A stretch of DNA of 58,000 nucleotides, filler included, from Circinaria calcarea (taxonomy: Eukaryota): assembly GCA_051942165.1 (NCBI GenBank). It is 7 parts of 7 records of this genome, joined end to end, with 100 filler letters (N's around TTAATTAATTAA, not from the genome) between each part and the next. Parts side by side here need not be neighbours in the genome. Positions count along the whole stretch, not along the records: positions 33,249 to 41,435 come from JAVECS010001157.1; positions 41,536 to 49,718 come from JAVECS010001158.1; 5 more parts are not named here. One strand, given 5' to 3'. A program made the translations under genes and the position numbers. Under the pieces are notes generated by a model that worked only from the letters and a program-made list of their open reading frames with translations, was not told the DNA's origin and made no database searches. Within the stretch, counting starts at the first letter, position 1, and each line of letters opens with the position of its first letter. Shown piece by piece: positions 37,206 to 49,818 of this stretch.

Positions 37206-39222
37206 TCAATGAAAGCCCTTTACCACACAACCCTCATTCGTGCTCTCAAACAACAAAGAACTTATTGTAAAGCCTACACTATCCGGGTCTCCGTCCTTAT
37301 ACAAGTTACATGCCTCTCGACCAATCAAAGCTTTGTCTTCTATAAATCTGTCAGATTCCTGAGATGATATACGTGTGCTTCCATGACTTACTCAACTTTA
37401 AGACGTATGCCTGAAGCACTTTCATACATCTAACCACATTCTCGTCGTTCTCTACCAGGTCCTTAGATTTCTGGTCATCCCAGTTCACGTCTAGTGGTTT
37501 TCGCCCAATTGCACAGTGGAAATGCGACAGTAGGGAATTGCAAGAGGCAGTTGTTTCTTCGATAAGAGCCCTTGGCTTAGACGGGTGTATCCAGAATCCG
37601 AGCTTGAATCGTTAGAATATTGTCTGATTATCTTGGAAATGAGAGGAAGGTCAAACCGAGTCTACATAGCGGCTCCAAAAAATATTTCTCCCAGCATCAA
37701 GCTCTCGAATGTGCAGGAGAAGAAAAGTGGCCAAAGTCACAACTACCCACATGCGTGGTTGTCTCTTCTCCATTGCATTTTGAATGCCTTTCGAAATCTC
37801 CCGGTCGAGGTTAATCATGTTCAACTCTAGTAGATGGCCGAGTTGATTTTGTATCATACGAGGTACAGGCTTAGTACCGTACCATGGGGAATTTCTTTCT
37901 TTGACAGTGACCATTCCTAGACTTTCATCGCCAGCGAATTGCCATCTGATCCTCATGAGACGAAGGTTCGTATACATTTCCAAACATTGTTGTATAATCG
38001 GGATCTTTGACAAATTAGTTCGTAGTTCATAACATAAAAATTTGCTCACCTCTTTGTATCGTCGTGCTAACTGGAAGAAAAGCGCAACAGGATGTTGACG
38101 CCTACACGCTTCGTCCAGAGAAAAACGAATGCAGTCTTGAACGTATAATGATGTATCCATTGCAGTATTTGCCAGACAATAGGCAGTGGTTTCCTGGGGA
38201 TACCAACCGGATGAATTCTGCTGAAGGACGTGAACGTGATTTTTATCAGTCGCGAGAAATTTGCAGCATTCAACGTTTAGAGTGGGACCGTTGGGATAGT
38301 GTTGTAACCTTACAGTCTGAGAACTCGGCTCATTCCACCGCACAGCTGTAAACAGGATTTCGTAGGTCTTGTCCTCCCCTACGGAGTTGTTAGCCCTGCC
38401 ATGGTAGCAAATTCTGGAGTAAAACACATTTTTTGAAGGGCTTATGCTGGGTAGGTCGTTCTCGAATGTAGCAGATTTGGGCTGGAAGATTGAGTTTGAC
38501 ACAGTGTGTACAGCGAGATTGTGCATCGTCTATCCTGCACTACAACAAGATCAGTTGGCAATTGAGTTATTATCAAAACGGAGAAATACCTTCTTCCTAA
38601 GAGCCCAGCATCTGACACATCGTCCAGACTTTACTTGGCTTTGCGGAAATGAACCTGGGCAGGCAGCAAGCGGCTGCTTGAAGGTTGAAAACGCCGCGTA
38701 GTCAGTTGGGTTATAATGAATTAGGCTTGAATTGAGCGTATCATTTAACTGAGGCCGTGGAAAGAAGTCTTGTTGGAAGTGCTGGACGTTGGCTGAAAAT
38801 TTGCCTGTATCAGTTGCGTTCAGAGGCAGTTCAGAAGCTGGCAATGCCGCGTATGCGTAACCATGACGAGCCAGACTGAAACAGGGTTCTTGATATGACT
38901 GAGATAGTGGCGAGGGCAATGGATTTGGTTGGGCGCTCTTATTATGAGCTGGAAATTGATACTCTGTATCAACAAGATTCAGAGGTAAGTCGGCACTAGA
39001 AGATTGTTCGAGACCTGGGAACACTACTTGGGGGTGTTTCAACCCAATGGCCACAGCCTGACTGGTAGGATGCGTGGCAATTTGGCCGTGTCCCACGTTG
39101 TTCCATTCGAAGTCGGACAGGCCTCCGAGAGGTAGATTGAAGTCCTCCTGGTCACCACCTTGTTGGTCAAATAGGAAGTACTCTGAGCGCTTCCAGCCTT
39201 GTTGAATGGCTGACTGGTCCAT
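37206..39222 (-). CDS. Zn(II)2Cys6-type transcription factor-like protein, six exons
   Basis: Splicing out 38589-38540 gives CVRC-WALRKK-C-RIDDAQSR-CTHC-VKLNLPAQI-C (Cx2Cx6Cx8Cx2Cx9C). Further exons encode SPWYGTKPVPRMIQNQL...LLSHFHC, ending VVKGFH*. Confidence 0.78.
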
Positions 39223-39659
39223 CAGTTCGCATTAAAGGTGCTGTTTGCCTCTTTCTTGCAAAGTAATGTTGAATCTGAAGATGGGTTGCTGGCGGGTTAG
39301 CGCCACACGTCTGAGAGCTGAGGTAAGGCGAGTGACCACGTGCATGGAACTTTACAGTTGCCTGATCCACCTCACTGAACTAAAAGTCGCGGAATCCTGC
39401 AGGCCCTGGTCAACCGACCAGTATGATGACCACAACGACAACCACCATCACAATCAAAGAATCCATAGCTTAGAATCGCCCCACTGCTATGCTGCCACTG
39501 CTATGCCAAAAGGGGTTTCCGGGGGTCTCCCCCGAAGGAGAGCTTATTATTTCGGCAACTAGCTTGCCTAATCAAGCTAGCCAGTACCTAGTTATATCGA
39601 CCAGTTAATTCATAAAGAACTCAATATATGGCCCCGCAATCAAAGAAAAGTAGATTGTA

Positions 39660-40869
39660 ATGGCCGATGTTGAAGCGCAAAGCTCTGGAACTGGAGATGG
39701 AGCGGCATATACGATACGGCAAGAAACCGGTGATCGAGATAACGATATCAATTCAACCTTCTCGAATCTTGAATCGGTCCCCTTGTATAGTCACAAATTA
39801 GATCCCATAATCCGATCATGTAAGTAAAAGATATTGTAGGGGATTGCGTGGCGAGCATCTATCTGACCATCACTACGCAGTGGACGAATACCCTCCAGGT
39901 TATGGCAAACTCGCAGCGATTGAGGACTGTGATCCAAACTTCCTCATTTACCGTAAATTCGGCTGGCTACACAACCGCGTGCTCCTTCACCATCAGGATG
40001 AGCTTGCCGAGTACGAAGAGCAGCTAGAGGACCTTGACAGCTTCGACAGACAGCACGATCCTAGAAATCTCATTTCTAGACGACGCGATGATGCCGTGGA
40101 GGGCTCAAGGCGCAAAGAACTACTGAGCGAAGTTGAGAAGAAGCTTGCAGCGTACGGTATGGTCTATACAATTCAGTCCATCATATATTTACTAATTAAC
40201 TACTTTTACAGATAATTTGCTTCTGCGACATCAGCAGCTTCAATCGATTAAACGACCGACTCGGAGGAACCAGAACAGTCTTTATAATGCAATTCAAAAC
40301 ACGCAGTCCATTGCTACGTCGGAAGCGGATTGGATTGGGCTTTATGATGATCTCGCCGCGCTAGCCCATGGTCCGGAGGACGGATGGTTCAATGGATTCT
40401 TGGAAGATATTTTCAGGAAAACTTCAAGAACCTTGACAACGGTAGGCAATTAAATATCTTATGCACGCTTTGCTTTTACATTACCAACGCGAGTCTAATA
40501 AGCATCTAGTACATCTTCCGTTCTAAGGAACAACACATTAGATCCGGCAACGAGATTATAGACCTCCTTTCACATCGCCGAATCAACTTCTTAATTAACG
40601 TTATCCTAACTGTACTCGCAACCGTGCTTTTACTAGCCCCTGTTTTCATATTCTATAAAATGCAAAAGACCTGCTTATATCAAATTCTTATTATATTTGC
40701 CTTTACCCTAACTTTTTCGGCTTGCTGTTCGATTTTCACAAAAGCCCGAAGACAAGAGGTTTTTATGGTGACCGCAGCTTATTGCGCTGTTCTAGTTGTC
40801 TTTCTAGGTAATACGCAAAGCCAGAGCTACAGTTCAAACGCAGTGAAAGCAGTGAGCAGTGAGCAGTGA
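39660..40869 (+). CDS. DUF6594-like membrane protein; exons 39660-39819, 39881-40156, 40212-40441, 40510-40869
   Basis: DEYPPGYGKLAAIEDCDPNFLIYRKFGWLHNRVLLHHQDELAEYEEQL...TKARRQEVFMVTAAYCAVLVVFLG, with three C-terminal hydrophobic helices. Confidence 0.85.
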
Positions 40870-40943
40870 GCAGTGAGCAGTGAGCAGTGAGCAGTGAGCA
40901 GTGAGCAGTGAGCAGTGAGCAGTGAGCAGTAAGCAGTAAGCAG
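40848..40943. repeat. Heptamer tandem repeat (AGCAGTG)11 plus two AGCAGTA units
   Basis: Read directly; overlaps the stop codon of the DUF6594-like gene. Confidence 0.95.
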
Positions 40944-41435
40944 GTCAAACGGTGAAAGAGGGACAGTGAAAGAGGGATATTGAAGAGCTTGCAAGGTTGA
41001 GGGAGTTTTCAAGCAGAGCAAAATCCGGGGCAAGTCATAAGTATGAAAATCACTCAGCGAAATGAACATAGCAGAGAACTAGATTGGGTGCAATGGTTAA
41101 CATAGAACGAGCCGTCCTTATTCCACTATCAGCTGTCTATACAAGCCTCGCTCGGTCACATTGCTTATTGTGGAGCTCCGGAAGGTGTCTTTAGAAACTC
41201 GTAGGTGAAGTCTGAGGCAAACCCTGTTATAGAGTTCCCTATAGGTGGAATTTCTGTTTCGTCTATAGCTCTCTTCTGCTGTTGAGTATCCCGCCTTTAC
41301 TGCTCCTAGCCCCACTGCTGTTGCTGCTGGTCTATGCTCTCCATCGACGGCAATCCTCCTAACCCCTCGTGTCATTCCCGCCACAGTCCTGACATCGCGG
41401 CTTATGATTTAGGCGGGGGGTGGCGGGGATAGGAA

Positions 41436-41535
41436 NNNNNNNNNNNNNNNNNNNNNNNNNNNNNNNNNNNNNNNNNNNNTTAATTAATTAANNNNNNNNN
41501 NNNNNNNNNNNNNNNNNNNNNNNNNNNNNNNNNNN
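41436..41535. other. Artificial contig spacer
   Basis: N44-TTAATTAATTAA-N44. Confidence 0.98.
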
Positions 41536-43782
41536 TCCTCCTCCTCTCTCTTTCGCCGGATCCGAGCAGCCTCCGTTCCATCGTCGATAAGAGATTCCTT
41601 GAACCATGGGTGCTTAAGTGCTTCTTTGGCGGTGATTCGTTTCGTGGGATCATAAATAAAGATCTTGCGTAAAAGGTCAAGGAATTGCTTGTTGAAGGCG
41701 GTGTTGGGGACAATGATATCCTTGATTCAAATCAGAAAAGGTAATCTCTAGTGAACATGGTAAAGAGATAGCTTACTTGCAGCGCCTTCATTGCGTTGAC
41801 ATAACGCTTGGAGGCTTTGGTGGTTTCCTTGTTAGGATAGTCAAGCTTGTTGGTTCTTGTGAAGTACCTAACACGAGGTTAGACGAGATGAAAAACAACC
41901 AGAGGATGCATTACTAACTTGGCAGCCTGACCCGAGGAACTTCTCGCGCTAATGGCTGATCGAACCAGCTTTGTATCGATACGGCCACTGCAGACACTTT
42001 CCATCATTGCAAGATGCTCCAGGTTGTCGTGTGTCTGGAACAAAGCGTCCCCTGTAAAGAATTCGACCAGTATGCATCCGATACTCCATATATCACAGGG
42101 ATAACTCCACCCAAGGTTGAGTATAATCTCAGGGGCGCGGTAATGTCTCGTAGACACAACCGAGGAATGGTATTCATCTTCGAATGTCGCAGATCCAAAG
42201 TCAATTAGCCTGATCTCTGTGTCCAATAATACCTTTCGCTGCTTTTCGTTACGCTGAGTCGTGGTGGATGATGTTGGGATTACGCGGTTGTATGTGAAAG
42301 TTTGGTATGCATTATGTACTAACAGGATGTTCTCCGGCTTCAGGTCGGTATGGATAAGATTCAAGTCGTGTAGAACTAAACGGAACAAATCAGCGTGTTT
42401 CACGGAGGTCGTTGCGTGGATAGCACTGACAAGCGACGCTGGTTAAAAGTTGCCTTGCAAAGCTCTGGATCTGGCTACTGGGAAAAGGAACGAAACGGTT
42501 CGCTTTCAGGAAGTCGAATACACTCTGGCCGAGTAGATCCGTGACAATGCATATATGGTTTCGAAAGTCGAAGCAATCTCGAAGGTGTATGCATTTATTG
42601 CGATTCTCTTTGTCGTTCCTTGCCAGCGTTTGCAGTACTCGTAATTCAATGCGTGATGCATCCCGATATTTCTGTACAGAGCGAATGATCTTAATTGCAC
42701 ACCTGGTCCGATTGCGTTTATCATATGCCTCGACTACCTTCCCAAATGTGCCTTGGCCAAGTAAACGGGACACTGAATCTAACCGGTATGTCAATTATGA
42801 TTCGATTCTCAAAGATCCGGCTCCTAAATAGAGAGGAACCGTAGTGCAAATACTTACATCTTTGGGTAAGCTCGCTGTTCTCGACAACTATAAAATGTCC
42901 GTCATCGTCATCCACCCTCTGCTGACTCGGGATAGTCTATTACTTATCAGCAGCGTGATCAGACATGGGAGCAAGGTCTAGACAGCTTACATCATGGACC
43001 GCTTTCACTTGTACATCCCCGGCTTTGATGGGGGGGTTCGGTGGAGGTACGTAAAAGCTGTAGGCATCGCCGTTGACTTCAATCTCCTTACGTTTTTTCT
43101 CTTCATTCGTTTGCTGGCGTGTTACGCGCTTCCTTTTTTGCCCTACTGCACTGTCGACATAGGTGCCTCCACTACCGCCACTACCATGTGAACCCAAGGA
43201 TGTTGGCGCAGTGGTTTGTAGCGATGTTGTACGATCCGTCGAGGCCGTGTTTGATGCGTAGTGAGGAGTGTTGGTATTCGAGTACGAGGGATGATGACGA
43301 ACCGGAATCGGGTCATGTGCACCTGTTTTCCGCTTTTTGCTTGCATGCTCCACGGCATTGTTACTCGTAGCAGCTGAGCGAGCATAATTCTCTCTCCGGG
43401 AAGGGGGAGCTGGGGAGTCGTCGTCAATCACAATGATCTCTTTGGGCATCCCATTCTTGTAAAACTCGTGCCAGTCGGGACGCCGTTCCCGTTTTTCTGC
43501 CTGCTGATGAAGCGCCGGGGCGGGCTGGGAAGGAGCCATGGTGGTGTAGGTTGGTGCCTGTGTTGAGGAAGTCGCAGAGTTCCGATGGGAGATGGTGCTT
43601 AAATTGGAGTAGCTGTGGTAGGATGGGGCTAAGCGTGAAGGTCCGAGTGAATTGACATCACTGGGACCATGCAATCCAGCGTTGGCCTGGTACGCTGCGT
43701 GGTTTGAATAGCCATAATGCGGATGAGGGTGATGAGGGTGATGAGAAGGGATGGTGGCTGTAGCCGTCGAAGGGGTAGACAT
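41536..43782 (-). CDS. lkh1: LAMMER/CLK dual-specificity kinase, multi-exon, extreme 3' end cut
   Basis: [41 protein letters not shown] and the family signature EHLAMMESV. Confidence 0.95.
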
Positions 43783-44819
43783 ATTTCATCAAAGGATCAG
43801 GAATCGAAGGTACAGGACGTCCGATGGCCCTGACGCTCGGCACACTGGGACTGAGCGTCGTTTGAGTCTCGACCAGGTTTTCTCGACGTTCCCCTCCCGA
43901 TTGCAGTCCCTACGAAGTGAAAGACTTGGATAGCCAGACCGTACGATGCACAAGATGCTTGAGGAGGCTCTGTCCGACTGCTTGCTGGGTCGTTTCGGTC
44001 GCGCCTCAGGGCCGGAAGGCGGAGTCAGGACGGTGGCCGTCAGAGGTGAACAGTAGATGGTCGGAGGGCGTGATGAGACATTGCCAGGGGTGACAAGTCG
44101 GTGGGACAGCCCTCGAGGATGTCTGGTTCGTGCAGCAGGACAGGTGAACGGAGGTTGAAGGAGGTTGAAGGAGGGCAGATGATTGAATAGACGAGAGGCT
44201 ACTGTCGTCGAGCATGAAGCGTTTCTCCCTCCCTCGCTACGGAGTACGGAGTACGGTGTGCGGAGTGCGGACAATCTCCATCTCCCTCTTGATACCTCAC
44301 CCACCCGCAGCACCGAATCGGACATCCGCCTTTCCTCCCCCGGACTAGCGGCCGAGCGTAACGGCCATTGGCCATTGGTGCAAGGGAATGACGTCCGTGT
44401 CATGTCCATCCGGATTCTCTGGTACATCTCATCTCTCCTCGAGCTGTCACTCACATTCGCCACGGATGGGTAGACGTTTTTTTCAAAGGCCGTAACAAAG
44501 GTGGAACATCCTATTGTTGTCTCTGGAACAGCGCTATTGTGTACAGGTCAAACCCAATCACTACGGTGGCCCAAGTATAGAAGGTGGGGCGAATCGCTTG
44601 GAGTTGCATCCTCTCCTCTTACCTTACCTCGAGTCTACCACTATCAAAGGATTCTGCCGATGTTGGCTTACTCTACATCGTCACTGGACATGAACGGCTG
44701 ACTGACCGACTGACTGACTGACTGCCTTAGAAGCTATTCTCATCTGCAGGAACACGTTGAAAGGGTATCTTATAACTCCCAAGACTGCTCATCTGGCGCA
44801 TCCCAAGCTCTAGACCGCA

Positions 44820-47800
44820 TCAGTGGTTCCTTTGACCCCACAGTGGTGCTACGGTCTCGACAGCCCTTTCGACGACAGCCTTGACTCGGTCCCTCAGTAC
44901 TCCATACTGACACTCGACTTCCAAGGTCTCCAGCCAGACCTTTGCAACGTGCTTGTCCACCTTGATCTCCACTCCGGGCACGGGGATGCCTATACTGTGG
45001 AGCCTCTCCATTTCCTCGGCCTCGTAGTCTAGCAGATCCTCTGCTTCATCCTCTGCAGAATCATCCTTGAGGTTTTCGGTTTTGTCGTCTACATCCTCCG
45101 ACCATGACTTCAGGACTCGGGGCGGTTTGACCGGCAGCTTAGGTTTCGTAATAGGGGTGATGGCAGACCCAAATTGCGCTTCGAGGAACATGCAGAGTCG
45201 GGAGAAACGCTCTTCCGGTGTGATATTGCTGTGTGGGTTGCGTGTGTTGTGGTCGGAGTGATGATGGTTCTTCGAAGATTCTGTATCTAGATTAGAATAT
45301 GAAACCAGACATCTACCTTGATACTCACGCTTGATAGCCGCCGGGCTGCTTTCGACGGTAAAGAGCACTGCCATGACGGCATCCGCAATCCCATCATTCA
45401 GCATATTCCCTTCCCATTCAACAGTCACCTCCCTGCTCATCTGGTATCTGACAATCACACAGCCCATGATCAGATAGGCGACGGGTTGCGGGATACGATC
45501 AGTCTCGGCGTCTGCGGATTCTTGGTGGCCATTCCCGTTACCGTTCAGGTTCGAGCTTCCATTCACTAGCCGGTTTCCTTTCGGTCCAATCTCTTCGATG
45601 GTACCGAAAGTGCCTTCCAAAGCCCATTTGATCAGGTCGATGCCCGCTGCACTGAGCGTAAGTCTCTGTTTGCACATGATTGTTGTAGTCGTGAGGCCGG
45701 CATATTCTCGCAAGTCTTCGGCGGCCATGAGAGACATCTTGAAGTCGTTTTGGACCAGGACGCCGGTGATGAGCTGCGAGTCTTCGGGGTCATCTAACTT
45801 CGGCGGAGGGATCTGTGCAAGCTTGCCGACCACCTTGGCAGTCTTGTCAGCTCGGAAGGGAATCCGTAATTCCTCGGTATTAGCTGGGCTGAAGATTTTG
45901 GTTTTCGTTGCTTTATCTGCGTTGAGGGAGAGAAGCTTGGACTTCAATCGCATCATGTTATGCTTCTCTCCGTGCACTAAGATCTGCGGATTCGTTAGCG
46001 CGCTCTTCCCGGGTCATGGCCAATGCCTGGTCTTTGCGTACCACGACAGGGGCTGCGACTTGTTCGATGAACTCTCGGTTTTCTTGGCCATCAACGTGGG
46101 CAGCAAAACTCAGTTCCTGCACACTACACCGTCGGGGGATCATGGGCTTCTCTGCTTCACCATTCACCCCTAGCGCCTTTCCCCTCCCCACGGTTCCTGC
46201 CCCCCTGTTTCCCATGATAGCTGGGATACTGTCCGGTTCAGTCACAATCTGCTTTGCCATGGTCCCCTCTACACTGTAACCCGTAATCAGAACCCCATTA
46301 CGCTCGCTGGGCGCCCATCGTTCCAACAGGTCCCGGCTGACTCCACTCTGTAGCATACCCGGACTGGCCAGCATAACGCAACTGCCAACGTCATCAAATC
46401 TTTCGAGGTTCTTGAGGCTTCGAACGAAACGGAAATCCCAGGGGCCACCGCTACCCACGTTATTGGCCTGTTCTGCTTCTGCCATACGTTCTCGAAATAG
46501 GCGTTTGATGTTATCGTTCATTGCACTGACATAGGTTTGATATACTATCATGCACTTTCGTGCCAGATTAGAAGCATAATATATGGGTATCTTTTGGTAT
46601 TCAGGATGTCGCGCCCAGTACTCGTCAAGTATTAATAGTAATTCCTGAGCTCGTCCAAGTGCAAACACTGGCATGAGAACTTTGCCGCCTCGGTTTAAGA
46701 TGTTCGTGATGCCCTTCATCAGAGCTGTTTCTCGCTCCGCGCGGGGCACATGGGAAGAAATCCCATATGTGCTTTCAGTGATGAGAACATCGATCTTGAT
46801 GTTTTTAGGCACCTCGGCAGATATAAGATGTCGATCGTCTTCCCGAGAATAGTCACCGGTGAAAAGGATCTTGAGGCCAGCAATCTCGATAAGGAACATC
46901 GCCGCCCCTAGTACATGTCCTGCTGGATAAGGTGTGATGCGGATGGAAGATATTGTGTGGGTGCTGTAGTAATCGATTGCCTCAATTTGGGGAAATGTTG
47001 ATAAATGGTCGGCCTCGGTGTAGATTTGGGTTCGCTGTTCGGAGGATGACGATGTATTTCTGCTGACTTTCAGCTAATGCCATACAGGAGAAAACAAACG
47101 AGACATACCCAACCCGCACACTATCCTGAATGAGCCATTTGTAGATAGCCTTAGTCGGGTGAGTCATGAATACCCTTCCCCGAAAGTTCGTTTTTGCTAG
47201 GACGTAGGGTAAGGAAGCAGCATGATCGATGTGAAAACTGCTCATTGCTGAATTAGCCCTCATTGTCGCGAATCTTGGCTTGGCGAACACGAAAAAAAGA
47301 GACATATATGTACATGTTGAGGAATATCTTAGGACAAGGCTACAACAATGACACGGATTGGTTCTAATATCACAATAAATGTAGTACGTGGAGAGTACCA
47401 AGGGTGACTGTGATGATATTGATTCTCTGCTGTACATGATATTGATAAAACACCACTTGAGCAATTATTCTGGTTCTGTCCATCTTGTACCGCAGAAGCA
47501 TCCCTCCGCTCTACTCGAGGAGTAAATCCCAAGTTTTCACCACTCAATGCCAAACACCAGATATACTCGGGACCCCCGAAGTAATTTCGACAGGCTGCAT
47601 ATCTAGGGTTGCGTTCCCGGAGAAAAGGGCGTTGGCAGAAAAGGGAGATGATAACGTACTGGCTTATTAGGAGTACATCGACCGTGCTGAGATCGAACTC
47701 GTCGTAATATGGTAATGCACCTATACCTTCAAACGCAGGATGCATACCAGCATCAAGCTAGATGACATTCCATGTAAGCACATGCCGGGCCCTGCGTGTA

Positions 47801-47963
47801 ACGAGCGCCATACCATGACCGTCTTCCCCTTGTATTGTATGATGTGACATGATCTCCCAACCTCGTTACCTCCACCGAGGCATACAAACATCAATTCATC
47901 TGCCGGATCCACAGGTTCCTCGACTTCAGGTAGGAGTGTTGACAGTTTTCTCTTTGCAGCCAT
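44820..47963 (-). CDS. YSH1: Pre-mRNA 3'-end endonuclease Ysh1/CPSF73, multi-exon
   Basis: [61 protein letters not shown] and VHGE. Confidence 0.97.
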
Positions 47964-48507
47964 GGTGAATTGGTATTGGATACTCTGTCTTCCTTGGTAT
48001 GGGCTTTCGCTGATACTTCGTGCCTGTTATGGCGTGTCAGATGAAACAGTCGCCTTGTCACTGTAATGATTGATAAGATCAGATCTCAAGGACTGTTTAG
48101 GTATTGGTCGGTACGCCTTGCCAAAGCATGTTGGCAGTATGCAATTGCTTAGTCGCGGCCTTACTGTGATGCAGTGTAAAAGTAGGGCAGTACGGCAAAT
48201 ATGATTTCATAGGGTGCACTAGTGAGACTTGCACGTGACATGGATCAACGTGCTTCCTAAAGCGAGCAAAGTTTAAGGTCTCTTCACCTCATACACGCCA
48301 TCAGCCTTCAACAAGTGGCCTACGTGTGAGCGTCTGTGTCGATTGACACCTACTCAACTTACTCTTAGACACTTCTGGAATGGCCACATATCCGCATGAA
48401 GCAGCAAGAGAAGGGGAAAAGAGCAAATGCTAGCCCGTTACTGAGCATTTGCTCTTTTGCTGTCATATCTACACGGGCCCCACACCAGCCGATCGCAAAG
48501 AAGCAGC

Positions 48508-49718
48508 ATGGCGCATCCTACTCATCAATACCCTCCGCGCGCGTTCTCCTCTCCTCAGCCGACCTATGCCCCCCATCCTGGCGCATACCCCCCGCCTGCG
48601 AAACGACCTAGATTATCGCCGAATCCTCAGTCGCCGTATTCATCTCCAAACATTACCAACGGCGCTTTACCAAACCAGGTGTTCAGTAGTCCATATCCAG
48701 CCTCCCAGCCGAATGGGGTCGCTCCACATGTACAGTACGAACCCTCTCCACCTGCAACGGGCACCATGGGTCCTCCGTCTCGCCCTGTGGACAAACCAAC
48801 CGACATGACCGAGTTAGCCGATGTTTTAGTTGGATCTGGGGTCGATTTGAAAGAGGAAGAAGCTGCTCTTGTAAATAGATTCAATGGTGTGAACCACCAG
48901 CAGAACGGGTTAATGCCGACCTCGAACCCCGCTGCTTCCTTTAACCCGCCTGGACCGCATCGTCCTGCCATAAACCCATACCTCACCCATGGAGGCTTCG
49001 ACACCTTGTCGCGGAACATACCTGGGAGTAGAGAAAGTTTTTATGGTGCGGGAACGTTCAACCAAGCGGTAATTCCATACCAGTCTGCCGAAGAGCAAGC
49101 GGAGCAAGCCAGAAAGAAGTTCCTGAGGGATAAACTCGAAAGACAGCAATATCACTTGAATGATCCATTTCTTTTTGGTTCTACCGTCAATAAGAAGCTG
49201 TATAAGCATGCTGCTGCTGCACATATTGAATATCCAGATAAGGGTTTGATGGCCCGGCAGCCTCATCTCCCGCCCCTTCAAATCGCAGTCATTGGGCCTG
49301 ACAAGCATGAAGTCCTAACTGTGATTAAAGGCCAAGATATACTCTATCTGGATGTACCTCTTTCCGATATCTTGACGCTTCTATCTCTTGCGACCCAAGA
49401 GCGTTTACGGATCCTTGTCGAGAATACCGCTACGCTAGCTAAGGGTAGAAAAACAAGCTCACATGGGATTGTTCCCCCCGAGTTAGCCAATATAGCCATT
49501 GGTCAGGGACCTCCTGAAACAGTGGCAACGCGTTCAACCCCAGGCAATCCTGTAGGCAATCCTGCTGTCTCGCCAACAATTAACCCTTTAAAGCGTATGC
49601 AGTCACAGTTCATAACACTCTGCTTGAGTTAACAATGTAGCAGGGACTTTCTCTGCGTTTGACGAGCTACCAAGGCCAGTCATGGATAACGCGAAGATGC
49701 CCTCCATGACGCTAGCTT
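48508..49718 (+). CDS. TAF4: TFIID subunit TAF4, 5' part, cut by contig end
   Basis: Pro-rich N-terminus, DVLVGSGVDLKEEEAAL, HLNDPFL and DILTLLSLATQERLRILVE (TAF4 histone fold). Confidence 0.82.
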
Positions 49719-49818
49719 NNNNNNNNNNNNNNNNNNNNNNNNNNNNNNNNNNNNNNNNNNNNTTAATTAATTAANNNNNNNNNNNNNNNNNNNNNNNNNN
49801 NNNNNNNNNNNNNNNNNN
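49719..49818. other. Artificial contig spacer
   Basis: N44-TTAATTAATTAA-N44. Confidence 0.98.

Noticed and set aside
40848..40943. CRISPR-like or telomeric array
   Set aside because: No spacers, eukaryotic context, and the unit is not TTAGGG; simple heptamer repeat
43789..44463. 224-codon ORF in frame with lkh1, suggesting a readthrough extension
   Set aside because: Separated from the ATG by two consecutive TGA codons; R/S/P-rich with no recognisable domain, as expected of a GC-rich leader
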